64,000 bases of DNA from a virus: positions 1 to 64,000 of IMG/VR virus record IMGVR_UViG_3300005614_000040. One strand, given 5' to 3'. Each line of letters opens with the position of its first letter. Position 1 is the stretch's first letter. The notes beneath the pieces are model-generated. The model was not told the DNA's origin, did no database searches, and saw nothing but the letters and a program-made list of their open reading frames with translations. Made by a program: the position numbers and the translations under genes. This document shows positions 8,519 to 17,778 of the stretch, piece after piece.

Positions 8519-10378
8519 ATGTGGACTAATCTGAAAGCGCCAGTCAAGGCGTTTGTTGTGATCGTAGGGTTGGTAGTGGTGTTCTTTGGACTCCGCTACG
8601 CGACCCGTAACATCAACATCGGCAAGGTGCTGGTGCCAACCAAGTTCAACCTGCCTGACCAGAAGGACGCGCAGGTCCAGAACGTTGTGGCCGCGCCGTA
8701 CCCCAGTTCCGACTGCAGCACCTCTGTCCAAGGCCCCGCGATTCGCGGCGAGCACTGGGAGTGGAACGCTCAAGCCGGGTTTCTTTTGGCGGTGGGCGGC
8801 AACTGCACGACCAAAGATTCCCTGATGGAGAAGCACGGCGTCAACCTGGCTCTCACCCGGCAAGACGACACCAACCAGATGGGCCAGGACTTGCTCAAGT
8901 GTGCGCAGGAAATTCACGACGGCGCGAGCCAGTGCTCAACAGGCGCAAACTTTGTCATCATCATGGGTGACGGTGTACCGCAGTTTGCGGCTGGGCTGAA
9001 TCCGTTGCTCGCGAAGCTTGGCCCGGACTACATCCTGAAGGTTATCGCGGCTGTCGGCTTCTCGCGCGGCGAAGACGGTTTCTGGACAGTTCCACAAGTC
9101 AAAGCCGACCCGCACAGCTTCAACACGGTGTCGAACGGCAACACCACCGGACTGCTGATCGACGGAGTGCTCCGCGACGGCGACTGGAACATCGCCGAAA
9201 AGTGGGCTGGGGATAACAACATCCCGAATAATCCGGACGAAACTACCTACAACAAAGACGCTCTCAACTGGATCAACGCCCCTGACTACATCACAGCGGC
9301 CAAAGACTACATCGCGGGCAAGTGCGAGGATCGCAAAGAAGTAAGCGGCCTTGGCGACAAAGCCAAGTTGACGGGTAACGTTGTGCATGTTTGCGTCAAC
9401 GGTGTGGTGACCTGGACGCCGGGTGACGTAATGATCGCCGAGCAAAAAGGTGGCCTAACTAAAATTGTATCGTCCGAAGAATACCGCAGCCAGATGCCTG
9501 CTGTAATCATCGGCCCGGCGCATTTCTTCAATCAGAATCGCGGTGTCATCACCAACATGCTGCAAGCTGCATTTGAAGGCGCTGACCAGGTGAAGGCGTT
9601 TGACGGCGCGCTGCACAAGGCGTCGGCAATTGCCGCCAAGGTCTATAACGACCAAGGTTGCGACACTTGCTCGAATGGCGACTACTGGTACAAGTACTTC
9701 AAGGGCGTCAAGAAGCCGGACGTGACGGGTCTGCCTGTGAAGCTGGGCGGCTCGGCCGTAAGCAATCTGGCCGACAACCAAGCGCTATTTGGCATGAACG
9801 GCGGCAACGACAACTACCGGAGCGTCTACAACATTTTCGCCGGAGTTGACTTGCAACAGTACCCGAATCTGTTCAAGCCGACTGGCCCCACTCCGCTGCC
9901 GGACGTGAAATCTGTCGAGGACAAATCTTTCATCACAGGTGTGGTGCTGGCTCTGTCGAACTCGGACAGCGGCCCGGGTGCCGACGCCGAAAAAGTGGAC
10001 TACAATTCCGCAGGGACGGGGCAAGTGGTGTCGAAAAAGCCCGCCTATATCAACTTTGCAACAGGCAGCGCCCAACCTTTGCCTGACGGTGAAACCACAC
10101 TGGCCGGGCTAAAAGACCAGATCGCCATCACAGGGCTAAAAGTGAAGGTGGTCGGGTACACTGACAACACGGGTAGCCCGGAGACCAACAAAAATCTTTC
10201 GGCTGCCCGTGCTCAGGAAGTCAAGATTTGGCTGCAGACTCACGCCGGGAAAGAAGTCTTTCCGGACAATCGCTTTGTCGAGGTAGTAGGCAAAGGCCCG
10301 GCCGATCCAATAGCCGACAACTCCACGCCTGCAGGCAAGCAGGCCAACCGCAGGGTCGAGATCACCCTGCTCCAATAG
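8519..10378 (+). CDS. membrane-anchored periplasmic protein: putative ABC substrate-binding-like domain fused to C-terminal OmpA_C peptidoglycan-binding domain
   Basis: The N-terminus is a signal-anchor transmembrane segment. The C-terminus has OmpA_C motifs 'GYTDNTGSPETNKNLSAARAQEV' and 'NRRVEITL'. The substrate-binding assignment rests on position upstream of the permease and ATPase, not on motifs. Confidence 0.65.
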   Translation: MWTNLKAPVKAFVVIVGLVVVFFGLRYATRNINIGKVLVPTKFNLPDQKDAQVQNVVAAPYPSSDCSTSVQGPAIRGEHWEWNAQAGFLLAVGGNCTTKDSLMEKHGVNLALTRQDDTNQMGQDLLKCAQEIHDGASQCSTGANFVIIMGDGVPQFAAGLNPLLAKLGPDYILKVIAAVGFSRGEDGFWTVPQVKADPHSFNTVSNGNTTGLLIDGVLRDGDWNIAEKWAGDNNIPNNPDETTYNKDALNWINAPDYITAAKDYIAGKCEDRKEVSGLGDKAKLTGNVVHVCVNGVVTWTPGDVMIAEQKGGLTKIVSSEEYRSQMPAVIIGPAHFFNQNRGVITNMLQAAFEGADQVKAFDGALHKASAIAAKVYNDQGCDTCSNGDYWYKYFKGVKKPDVTGLPVKLGGSAVSNLADNQALFGMNGGNDNYRSVYNIFAGVDLQQYPNLFKPTGPTPLPDVKSVEDKSFITGVVLALSNSDSGPGADAEKVDYNSAGTGQVVSKKPAYINFATGSAQPLPDGETTLAGLKDQIAITGLKVKVVGYTDNTGSPETNKNLSAARAQEVKIWLQTHAGKEVFPDNRFVEVVGKGPADPIADNSTPAGKQANRRVEITLLQ

Positions 10379-10486
10379 GCGTATGCGTATAGCTATTTTG
10401 CTGATCGGTGCGTTTTTGCTGTTCAACGGACACCCTATTCGCCGGAGGATGGATTATATTCTTCGGCTAGGAGATTGGGAGAAATA

Positions 10487-10666
10487 ATGGAAGCGACGGT
10501 AGGTACAGAAGTCCTAGCTTGTAGCTGTGCCGACTGCCTGCATTGGGAGATCGTGCGCAACGAGCGCGGGGTTCACATCCACTGCAAAACCTGTGAGCAT
10601 CGTTTTCCGGTGGAGTTCTACACCGCTCCACACACCAAGCTGAGTTGGGTCGAACGGGAGGAATAG
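10487..10666 (+). CDS. small Zn-ribbon protein (CSCADC...CKTCEH)
   Basis: A GGGAGA ribosome-binding site is present, and there are four Cys in a CxC...CxxC arrangement. Confidence 0.4.
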   Translation: MEATVGTEVLACSCADCLHWEIVRNERGVHIHCKTCEHRFPVEFYTAPHTKLSWVEREE

Positions 10667-11433
10667 TGCTTGACGCCTTTACTCCAAATCGTAGTCTGGA
10701 TCGCCAGGGCCGGAATACGGTCCTGGGGGTCTGGGTTGTGGTATTCGCTCTGGTGTGGCTGGACCACCCTTCGGTTTTTCTGCCGACGCCTGCTGAGACC
10801 TGGACGGCGCTCACGGATATGTGGCTCTACCGGAACCTCGCCAGCGCCATCTTTGCGTCCGTCCAACTAAACATCGAAGCCATCGCCATAGCCACGGTGA
10901 TTTCTCTTACCCTGGCTTACGCGGGCACCATAGCTTTCTTCCGGCCAATAGTTGTGTTGGCGGGTGCGCTCCGGTTCCTGAGTTTCGCCGGGCTGGGGTT
11001 CGCGTTTACGCTGATGACTTCGACGGGCCACGCGCTCAAAGTCAGCGTTCTCGTTTTCATGGTGGTGGTGTTCTTCGTCGTCTCAATGCTGGATGTGGTC
11101 GATCAAATCCCGCAGGAGAAGTACGACCTGGCTAAGACCCTGCGCATGGGACCGTGGGAGACGTTGTTCGAAGTCGTTATCTTCGGTCAGCTAGACCAAG
11201 CGTTCATCGTCCTACGGCAAACGGCGGCTATGTCGTGGATGTTCATCGCGACGGCCGAAGGACTTTCCATGTCGGGTGGCGGGATTGGAACACTGCTCAA
11301 CACGTCGAACAAATCCCTGGCCCGGCTGCCGGATGTTCTCGCGCTGCAGCTTTTGGTGCTGGTGCTCGGGCTGGGCCAGGACCGACTAATCGGATGGCTG
11401 CGCGAACAATGTTGCCCGTGGGTGAAGAAATGA
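10666..11433 (+). CDS. ABC transporter permease, NitT/TauT (SsuC/TauC/NrtB-like) family
   Basis: The protein has six transmembrane segments, an EAA-like loop 'EKYDLAKTLRMGPWETLFEVVIFGQL' and the motif 'SMSGGGIGTLL'. The start codon is uncertain (TTG at 10645 or GTG at 10666, after a GGGAGGA ribosome-binding site). Confidence 0.75.
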   Translation: MLDAFTPNRSLDRQGRNTVLGVWVVVFALVWLDHPSVFLPTPAETWTALTDMWLYRNLASAIFASVQLNIEAIAIATVISLTLAYAGTIAFFRPIVVLAGALRFLSFAGLGFAFTLMTSTGHALKVSVLVFMVVVFFVVSMLDVVDQIPQEKYDLAKTLRMGPWETLFEVVIFGQLDQAFIVLRQTAAMSWMFIATAEGLSMSGGGIGTLLNTSNKSLARLPDVLALQLLVLVLGLGQDRLIGWLREQCCPWVKK

Positions 11434-11564
11434 TGGTAAACGTGGTTGTAGTTTGCCTGCTTCTTATGGGTGCGGGCCTCGGAATCCTGGTTGGGATGTT
11501 CATCAACGAGTACTTCAACCGTTGGTCGAACAAGCTGTTGGATAGACTGGCAGGGAAGAAATGA
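11433..11564 (+). CDS. 44-aa single-pass membrane peptide, translationally coupled between permease and ATPase
   Basis: Its ATG overlaps the permease TGA in a TGATG arrangement. The peptide 'MMVNVVVVCLLLMGAGLGILVGMF...' is hydrophobic, and its stop overlaps the ATPase start. Confidence 0.35.
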   Translation: MVNVVVVCLLLMGAGLGILVGMFINEYFNRWSNKLLDRLAGKK

Positions 11565-12343
11565 TCTACACCGAAGGTGATGTCCTCCTCCACATCGAAG
11601 ACCTGACCAAAGAGTATGACGGCCATCTCGTGCTCAAGAAGGTCAATGCCGTGATCCGTGATATCCGCGTGCCCGGCCAAACCAAAGGCCAGGTAGTAGG
11701 GTTCATCGGCCCTAGCGGGATCGGCAAGACGACCTGCTGCCGCTGCATGGCGGGGTTCGAAACGCCCACGTCCGGCCGGGTGGTGATGGATGGCCTCGAC
11801 CGACCGATCCGCGCGGGCGAGGTCGGTGTGGTAGCTCAGAACTACCCGCTGTTCGACCACCGCACCGTATTCAGCAACCTGATGCTGGCCGCGCGCAAAT
11901 CCTTCCCCGAGAAGGACGCCCACGACAAGGTCGTAGCTTACCTGGCTGACTTCGGGCTGAGTGAGATCGCCCACAAATATCCTAAAAAAATATCTGGCGG
12001 CCAGCGACAAAGGTGTGCTATAATACAACAAATCCTAGCCAAGCAGCACATCATACTCATGGACGAACCCTTCTCCGGGCTTGATCCAATAGCCAAGAAG
12101 AAGACGGCCGCGCTGATCGACCAAATCGCCGACATGGACGAAATGAACACCATCGTCATTGTCAGCCACGATATCGCCGCTGTAGTGAGTTGCTGTGACC
12201 ACGTTTGGGCGCTCGGCCGCGATCACGACGCGCAGGGCAATGTGATCCCAGGTGCCTACATCGTCGAGAACTACAACCTGATGGACATGGGCGCGGGGCC
12301 GGACGTAGTAAACCTCCTCACTGAAAGGTTCGCAACACTATGA
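11561..12343 (+). CDS. ABC transporter ATP-binding protein (SsuB/TauB/NrtD-like)
   Basis: It has Walker A 'GPSGIGKTT', the ABC signature 'ISGGQRQR' and Walker B 'ILMDEPFSGLD'. Confidence 0.85.
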   Translation: MIYTEGDVLLHIEDLTKEYDGHLVLKKVNAVIRDIRVPGQTKGQVVGFIGPSGIGKTTCCRCMAGFETPTSGRVVMDGLDRPIRAGEVGVVAQNYPLFDHRTVFSNLMLAARKSFPEKDAHDKVVAYLADFGLSEIAHKYPKKISGGQRQRCAIIQQILAKQHIILMDEPFSGLDPIAKKKTAALIDQIADMDEMNTIVIVSHDIAAVVSCCDHVWALGRDHDAQGNVIPGAYIVENYNLMDMGAGPDVVNLLTERFATL

Positions 12344-12416
12344 GTGACAATACCCAAACCGTCCTGCTTGTCTTGATTCTGTGCGTCTTCTACTACTTCG
12401 CGTTCTATCGGGACTA

Positions 12417-12854
12417 ATGAAAGACCTCGACTTTATCCTACGCGTGCTCGGAACGATGGCTGACGCCGACTGCGAGCGCGAACTATCGTGGCGTACAGAC
12501 GGCGAGTTCGCGCCCATCACTTTCTGGATCAACTGCAACGACTTCTTCTGGTGGGGTTGCGCAGACGGCCAAGATTTGGGCGACTGGGAGAGTCTCGACG
12601 TTTTAGACAAAGCCATCGCCGATTGCCGGGCGCTCGACGAAGAACACTGGGGTCCGCTCCTATTCTGCGCCAGGGATCGCGGGATGCGCCCGCAAGGAGC
12701 CTACTACAAACTCATCCCAGAGAAACTTTGGCCGCTGTTTCACGCCTGCGGGCCGGAGCGCGAAGTCGGTTTGGGCAATCCGTCGCACCCGAAGAAAGCC
12801 GAACCCAAGCCCTCCCCTGTTCCGCCCAAGAGATTCTGGCAATTCTGGAAATAA
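12417..12854 (+). CDS. hypothetical protein (Trp/Cys-rich)
   Basis: The ATG lies at 12417 inside a GTG-initiated track ORF, and coding composition is good. Confidence 0.45.
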   Translation: MKDLDFILRVLGTMADADCERELSWRTDGEFAPITFWINCNDFFWWGCADGQDLGDWESLDVLDKAIADCRALDEEHWGPLLFCARDRGMRPQGAYYKLIPEKLWPLFHACGPEREVGLGNPSHPKKAEPKPSPVPPKRFWQFWK

Positions 12855-13781
12855 ATGAACTCCTCCGCGCTCGACTTCCGACCGACAAAATGGGATGAGG
12901 TGATCGGCCACAAGTCTGTGGTCGCGTCCCTTCAAAAGCTCCTCACCCAAGCCACCCCGAGCGCGCTCGGGTTCAGCGGGCCTACGGGCGCGGGCAAGAC
13001 TACTCTGGGGTTGCTCTTTGCTGAGAGTGTAAACGGCGGCCCCGTGCTCGACGTGCAGCACATCAACTGCGCGGATCACAACGGGGTGGATGACGCCAGG
13101 GCGCTCGCCGAGGAAGCCCGGCACCGCCCGCTGATGGGCAAGCGCAAAGTCCGTATTCTGGACGAGTGCCACATGATGACGGCTAACGCGCAGAACGCGT
13201 TGCTCATCCCTATCGAGCCGCCCCGGGGCCAGGAACCAACAACACTTTGGATTTTCTGTACCACTGATCCCGAGGCCGTGATCCCTACGCTGCGCAGCCG
13301 GATGCCGTGGTACGACCTGAAGCCCTTCGGCGAGGAAGATATCCGCGAGCTTTACGACTTTGTATCTGTCCAGAAAATGGACGATTTCCCCGAAGATTTA
13401 TTTCAAGAAGTTTTGCGTAAGCAAGTCACGAACCCACGCGAACTCCTTTACGCCTTCGACAAATTTTCAACGGGTTGCTCGGCGGCTGAAGCAGTCAAGG
13501 GGATCAACGAGGAAGTGGAGTATGTCGAGATCGCGAAGGCCGCGTTGAAGGGTTGGTCAGAAGTAGGACCGCTGCTGAAACAATTGAAGGCTGCGGACGC
13601 CAAGCCCCTGAAGCGTATGCTGGCGAGTTGGATGCGTGTCATCCTCATCAGCACCCCGGCGCGTGCGCAAGCCTGCGCCGAGCTACTTGTCCGCTTGGCC
13701 AGCCAAGATGCTTACGAGGACTCGATATCCTTGGCGGCGACCTGCGCAGATATTTATCTTTTTACGCAAAAGCGCCCTTGA
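12855..13781 (+). CDS. AAA+ clamp loader subunit (DnaX/RFC-like)
   Basis: It has 'FRPTKWDEVIGH', Walker A 'GPTGAGKTT', a DExx box 'ILDECHMMT', sensor 'NALLIPIEPP' and the SRC-like motif 'TLRSRMPWY'. Confidence 0.75.
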   Translation: MNSSALDFRPTKWDEVIGHKSVVASLQKLLTQATPSALGFSGPTGAGKTTLGLLFAESVNGGPVLDVQHINCADHNGVDDARALAEEARHRPLMGKRKVRILDECHMMTANAQNALLIPIEPPRGQEPTTLWIFCTTDPEAVIPTLRSRMPWYDLKPFGEEDIRELYDFVSVQKMDDFPEDLFQEVLRKQVTNPRELLYAFDKFSTGCSAAEAVKGINEEVEYVEIAKAALKGWSEVGPLLKQLKAADAKPLKRMLASWMRVILISTPARAQACAELLVRLASQDAYEDSISLAATCADIYLFTQKRP

Positions 13782-13821
13782 CACTCTCCGGTGTTTATGC
13801 TAGATTGTTTTTACACCGAAA

Positions 13822-14325
13822 ATGAATGTGGATTTAGCTGTAGTCGATGTTGGCGACTTTACCCGTGGCTTATTCCAATACGAACGATTTTTGGCGCAGG
13901 TGCCATATCGACCCGTTGAAGGCTGTTGGGAGTGGACCGGAAAACTTCAGTTTGGGTACGGACACGCCAGGTTTAGAGGTAAGACCGAAGCAGCACACCG
14001 GGTAGCTTGGCGCGTGTTTCGAGGTCCGATTCCCGAAGAATTGAACGTTTTACACCAGTGTGACAACCGCCGCTGTGTCAGACCGGATCATCTTTTCCTT
14101 GGTACACAACTCGACAACATGAGGGATATGTTCGCCAAAGGTCGTCAGCACGACCGCAGCGGTGAAAACTCCGGTCGGGCTAAACTGACTGAATATGCTG
14201 TAAAACAAATACGATTGTGGTACGCAGAGGGAGAAGTTACCAGGGCACAACTTTCCGCGTGGTACGGCGTATCAACCTCAACTATCAACGATATTCTGAA
14301 CCGCAAACTCTGGAACAAAATATAA
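13822..14325 (+). CDS. HNH homing endonuclease
   Basis: Motifs 'CWEWTG...GYGH...HRVAW...HQCDNRRCVRPDHLFLGT..DN' match the HNH_3 family. There is also a C-terminal DNA-binding-like tail. Confidence 0.8.
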   Translation: MNVDLAVVDVGDFTRGLFQYERFLAQVPYRPVEGCWEWTGKLQFGYGHARFRGKTEAAHRVAWRVFRGPIPEELNVLHQCDNRRCVRPDHLFLGTQLDNMRDMFAKGRQHDRSGENSGRAKLTEYAVKQIRLWYAEGEVTRAQLSAWYGVSTSTINDILNRKLWNKI

Positions 14326-14334
14326 AGAGGTAAC

Positions 14335-15219
14335 ATGGAAACCACCGACACCCCGGTAAACACCGGGATTGAGAAGTCGTACGCCTGCGAGACCTACCGT
14401 TATGGGTTGAGTTCTCCGGCCAGCGCGCTGGCTAAGAAAATGGTCTCGGCGATGGGCGACATCGAAGCCGTCACCAAGTCCGGCAAGAACGAAAAACAGG
14501 GCTACAAATACGTCAAGGCCGCCGACGTAGCCAACGAGGTCCGCAGTGTCTTGGTCAAGCACGGGATCGCGTTCTTCTACTCGGTAGAGTCGGTCGAGAA
14601 GTGGGAGGTCGCGACTAATTCAGGCGGACGGATGTTCTTCTGCCAGCTTATCGTCGAGGTAACCTTCGTCGATTCTGACACTGGCGACAGCTTCGCGATC
14701 CAAGGCATTGGCTGGGGCAGCGACACTCTGGACAAGGCCCCTTACAAGGCCATGACTGGCGCGCTCAAGTACATCCTGCGCACCGCGTTCCTGATCCCGG
14801 ACGAGGAAGACCCGGAGAATGACCACTCAAACGCCCCCCGAACGGCCGCCGAGCGCCCCAAGGTCTCCCAGGTGCCCGCCAAGGCTACAGACGCCCCCCG
14901 CCCCGGCCAGCAGAAGCCCGCCGACGCCGCAGCGAGCCAGGCACCCACACCCTCCCCAACCCCGCAGGCCGCTGTAGCTGGCGAGACGGTCCGCGACGCC
15001 GCAGTCAAGAAGGCTCACAACGCCCGGATCAGAACGCTCCAGGAAGCTGTGGCTGACGGCAAGGACCCCGAGACCCACGCCTCGAAGGTCAAGGAATACA
15101 TCATCGTCAACGTCGGCCCTGACTACGTCAAGGCGTCGAAAGAGAAATGGGAGTCCGTCCTGGATGTGATGGACACAGCCCGGACAGCCGGGACGCTGTC
15201 AGAATTGGTAGGTGCATAA
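14335..15219 (+). CDS. erf: ERF-family single-strand annealing protein
   Basis: The segment 'KQGYKYVKAADV...TGALKYILRTAFLIPDEEDPEND' has a pattern shared with P22 Erf. The C-terminus is Pro/Ala-rich. Confidence 0.8.
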   Translation: METTDTPVNTGIEKSYACETYRYGLSSPASALAKKMVSAMGDIEAVTKSGKNEKQGYKYVKAADVANEVRSVLVKHGIAFFYSVESVEKWEVATNSGGRMFFCQLIVEVTFVDSDTGDSFAIQGIGWGSDTLDKAPYKAMTGALKYILRTAFLIPDEEDPENDHSNAPRTAAERPKVSQVPAKATDAPRPGQQKPADAAASQAPTPSPTPQAAVAGETVRDAAVKKAHNARIRTLQEAVADGKDPETHASKVKEYIIVNVGPDYVKASKEKWESVLDVMDTARTAGTLSELVGA

Positions 15220-15608
15220 TGGGCAGACTGAAGGAAGCAAACAAGCAGGAAGAGGTCGTGGGTCGTACGTTGCTGATCTACACCTCAAACGGGGAAGAGA
15301 AGGTCACGCTTCCCGTGGGAGCCAGGGTGACGTTTGGCCCGGCCGTGCCGTTTGAAAAAAAGGACGGCTACGGGCGCTCGCAAAATGAGTATTCGCTGCG
15401 GGTCTACGAGAACGCGCTGAACAACTCGCTGGTCGCCGTATTCAACGGGGTTCGGTCGTTCCGGGATATCGCGATTCCGCACTCGAAGTTGGTGGTTCGC
15501 GAAGCGGGCAAGTCGATGTGGAAGTCCGACGAATCCGGCTACAAGGTCGAGGAGTCGGTTGAACGCGAGAAATTCTGGGATACCCCCCTGAAAGCACTGG
15601 AGGACTAA
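15219..15608 (+). CDS. hypothetical protein
   Basis: The ATG overlaps the erf stop codon (TAATG), indicating coupled translation. Confidence 0.5.
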   Translation: MGRLKEANKQEEVVGRTLLIYTSNGEEKVTLPVGARVTFGPAVPFEKKDGYGRSQNEYSLRVYENALNNSLVAVFNGVRSFRDIAIPHSKLVVREAGKSMWKSDESGYKVEESVEREKFWDTPLKALED

Positions 15609-15973
15609 TGAACGTCAGCATACTCATCGGCCGCCTGGGGCAAGACCCCAAGGTACGGTCAACCAACACAGGCAAGAAGGTGTGTAACTTCACAGTCGCA
15701 ACCGACGACGGCTGGGGTGCCAACAAGAAGACGAACTGGCATAACATCGTCGCCTGGGGTGACCAGTGCGGGCCAATCGAAACCTATCTCTCGAAGGGCA
15801 GCCTGGTGGGGGTCGTTGGCCGCACCGAATACCGCAGCTACGACGCGGACGGCGTGACCAAGTACATCACTGAAATCATCGCCGACCGGGTGGAGTTCCT
15901 GAGCACCAAATCGGAAACAGCGCCCGCCGAAACGACGGATACGGGCATCACAGATGACGACATCCCCTTCTAA
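15608..15973 (+). CDS. ssb: single-stranded DNA-binding protein
   Basis: An OB-fold SSB signature is present: 'MNVSILIGRLGQDPKVR...NWHNIVAWGDQ', with an acidic C-terminal 'DDDIPF' tail. Confidence 0.85.
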   Translation: MNVSILIGRLGQDPKVRSTNTGKKVCNFTVATDDGWGANKKTNWHNIVAWGDQCGPIETYLSKGSLVGVVGRTEYRSYDADGVTKYITEIIADRVEFLSTKSETAPAETTDTGITDDDIPF

Positions 15974-16212
15974 AAATGAACATCAACGTAGCCAACATCG
16001 GCTCTAAGTCTTGCGCTCGCAGAAACACGGCAGCAGTTTCCCCAGCCTGCACGAAGCCTACAGCGTAATCCTCGAAGAAGTGAGCTTTGGGACCTGGTGC
16101 GGCTGAAGAAACGCGACCGGGACCCTATTGCCGTTGAAACTGAACTGATCCAGATTGCTGCGATGGCAATCAAAGCTTTGCACTCGCTCGACAATTTTAC
16201 CGGAGGTGAAGT

Positions 16213-16434
16213 ATGACACCCAACGAAGCTAAAGCTATCCTGAGCACGCGTTCTCCCGAGGAACTGAAACGGATGGACGATATCATGGGTTCCGCGTTCG
16301 TTTTGTACGTTGAGCACACCGAGAACCTTACCCGCGACGCCGCAATGCTACGCGTAGCCGAACTCTGCACCGCGCTTGATATGTACCTGGAGGATAAAGA
16401 AAATGACGCTAACGGAAAACCCCTCGATGCCTGA
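16213..16434 (+). CDS. hypothetical protein
   Basis: A GGAGG ribosome-binding site is followed by ATG, and the ORF is 73 aa. Confidence 0.4.
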   Translation: MTPNEAKAILSTRSPEELKRMDDIMGSAFVLYVEHTENLTRDAAMLRVAELCTALDMYLEDKENDANGKPLDA

Positions 16435-16612
16435 AACCCTCTACGTCACCCACGAGGAAGACGGTGGCGACGGGGGTTGGTTCAACGCTCACTCGAACAC
16501 CGACGACATTGCCTGCGGTATGCGACCGGGCGACACCCAAGTCGTAGCTGAGTACCGTCTGGTCGGCAAGCGCGTGCTCGGGATCGTCGCATCTCTCACC
16601 CCGGTGGAGTAA
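16403..16612 (+). CDS. hypothetical protein
   Basis: An internal ATG is preceded by a GGAGGA ribosome-binding site, and the ORF ends 1 nt before the next gene. Confidence 0.4.
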   Translation: MTLTENPSMPETLYVTHEEDGGDGGWFNAHSNTDDIACGMRPGDTQVVAEYRLVGKRVLGIVASLTPVE

Positions 16613-17778
16613 TGGCTCACTATCTGTACGAAAATGCGAACGGTCGCCGCGTCAACACTCACTCGTACAGCGGCGGCAGTTCCTTTAATGAGTGCGCGCG
16701 TAAATATCGCTACCAGCGGTTAGACGGCTGGCGTGAGAAAGCCGTGCGCGCGGCAATGGAGTTCGGCAACGCGTGGGAAGCAGCCATCCAGACCTATCAC
16801 AAAGACATGGATTTGGCTGCAGCGCGGGCCGAGTGGCGCAAAGGCTGGACGGCGGCCAAGAGCTTGGAACTCGCCTATAAGGATTCAGAATCTTGGAGCG
16901 AGATGTTCAAGCAGGGCGACGAACTCCTGCGGCTCTACGCTATCCGCTTGCCCGACCTGCCGATTGTCAACCCTCGCTTCCAACTGAATTTCAAGAAGGA
17001 AGTTTTCCCCGACAGCGAATACTCGGGGATCGAAGATACCTCGTTCATCGACATGCTGGTGGAGGCTGGCCCAGCCCAACATTTATTGTTGCCGCCCGTC
17101 AAATCCAGAGAGCCGCGCCCGTTGCTGATCGATATCAAGACTTCGGGCAAGCCGTATCCTGTGGACGCCCGGATGCTCCGGCTCGATCCACAGCTAAGAC
17201 GATACTCCTGGACGACAGGGGTCGAAACGGTCGCCTTTCTCGTCGGGGTAAAGAACCCCCGCAGTCTGGATCGCGGTCACTACGTCACGCTGTTGACCAA
17301 CACGATCCAAGGCAAAGCAGGCGAGATTTTTGTGGTGTTCGAGGACGCGTCGGACGAATTCGACCTGCGTGTTATTCTCTTGACCGAAAGTCAGTACGGG
17401 GCCTACCTCGACGCTCAGAAAGGCGTACGCGGTAAAGCTCTGGTGAGTCTGAAAGAGAAGTGGGCCGAAGACGGCTTTGTCGTCAATGGGGCTGACGTTA
17501 CCCGCCAGCAAATTCAGTTTCTCGCTACCGTCATCACCCAGCAGGAACGCGACGAAACAGGCGAAGCGGTTGGCCGCGAGGTTTTGGAAATATGCGCGTC
17601 GAACCAGGATGGTTTCTGGCCGCAGCGCCCCGGCGTTCGCTTCCCCAACAACCACTGCGCGTGGTGTCCTTTTCTCGGGTTGTGCATCGATGACAACACC
17701 CGAGTCAAGGACAAGCTCATCAACATCACTACGTCACCCGCTCCGGCGCGTGACTGGCTCGACGTAATGGAGGAATAA
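16612..17778 (+). CDS. Cas4-like / RecB-family PD-(D/E)XK exonuclease with Fe-S cysteines
   Basis: The arrangement is an N-terminal Cys ('NECARKY') plus a C-terminal 'CAWCPFLGLC' cluster. A PD-(D/E)XK core is seen in 'LLIDIKTSGK'. Confidence 0.75.
   Translation: MAHYLYENANGRRVNTHSYSGGSSFNECARKYRYQRLDGWREKAVRAAMEFGNAWEAAIQTYHKDMDLAAARAEWRKGWTAAKSLELAYKDSESWSEMFKQGDELLRLYAIRLPDLPIVNPRFQLNFKKEVFPDSEYSGIEDTSFIDMLVEAGPAQHLLLPPVKSREPRPLLIDIKTSGKPYPVDARMLRLDPQLRRYSWTTGVETVAFLVGVKNPRSLDRGHYVTLLTNTIQGKAGEIFVVFEDASDEFDLRVILLTESQYGAYLDAQKGVRGKALVSLKEKWAEDGFVVNGADVTRQQIQFLATVITQQERDETGEAVGREVLEICASNQDGFWPQRPGVRFPNNHCAWCPFLGLCIDDNTRVKDKLINITTSPAPARDWLDVMEE

Noticed and set aside
12340-12417. 25-aa hydrophobic peptide (MSDNTQTVLLVLILCVFYYFAFYRD) overlapping the ATPase stop
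   Set aside because: It is too short to call with confidence. It is kept only as a note in the ABC-importer finding.
15974-16212. 240-bp non-coding stretch after ssb as a replication origin
   Set aside because: No iterons, DnaA-box-like repeats or marked AT-rich tract were visible. It probably holds a promoter for the next gene.
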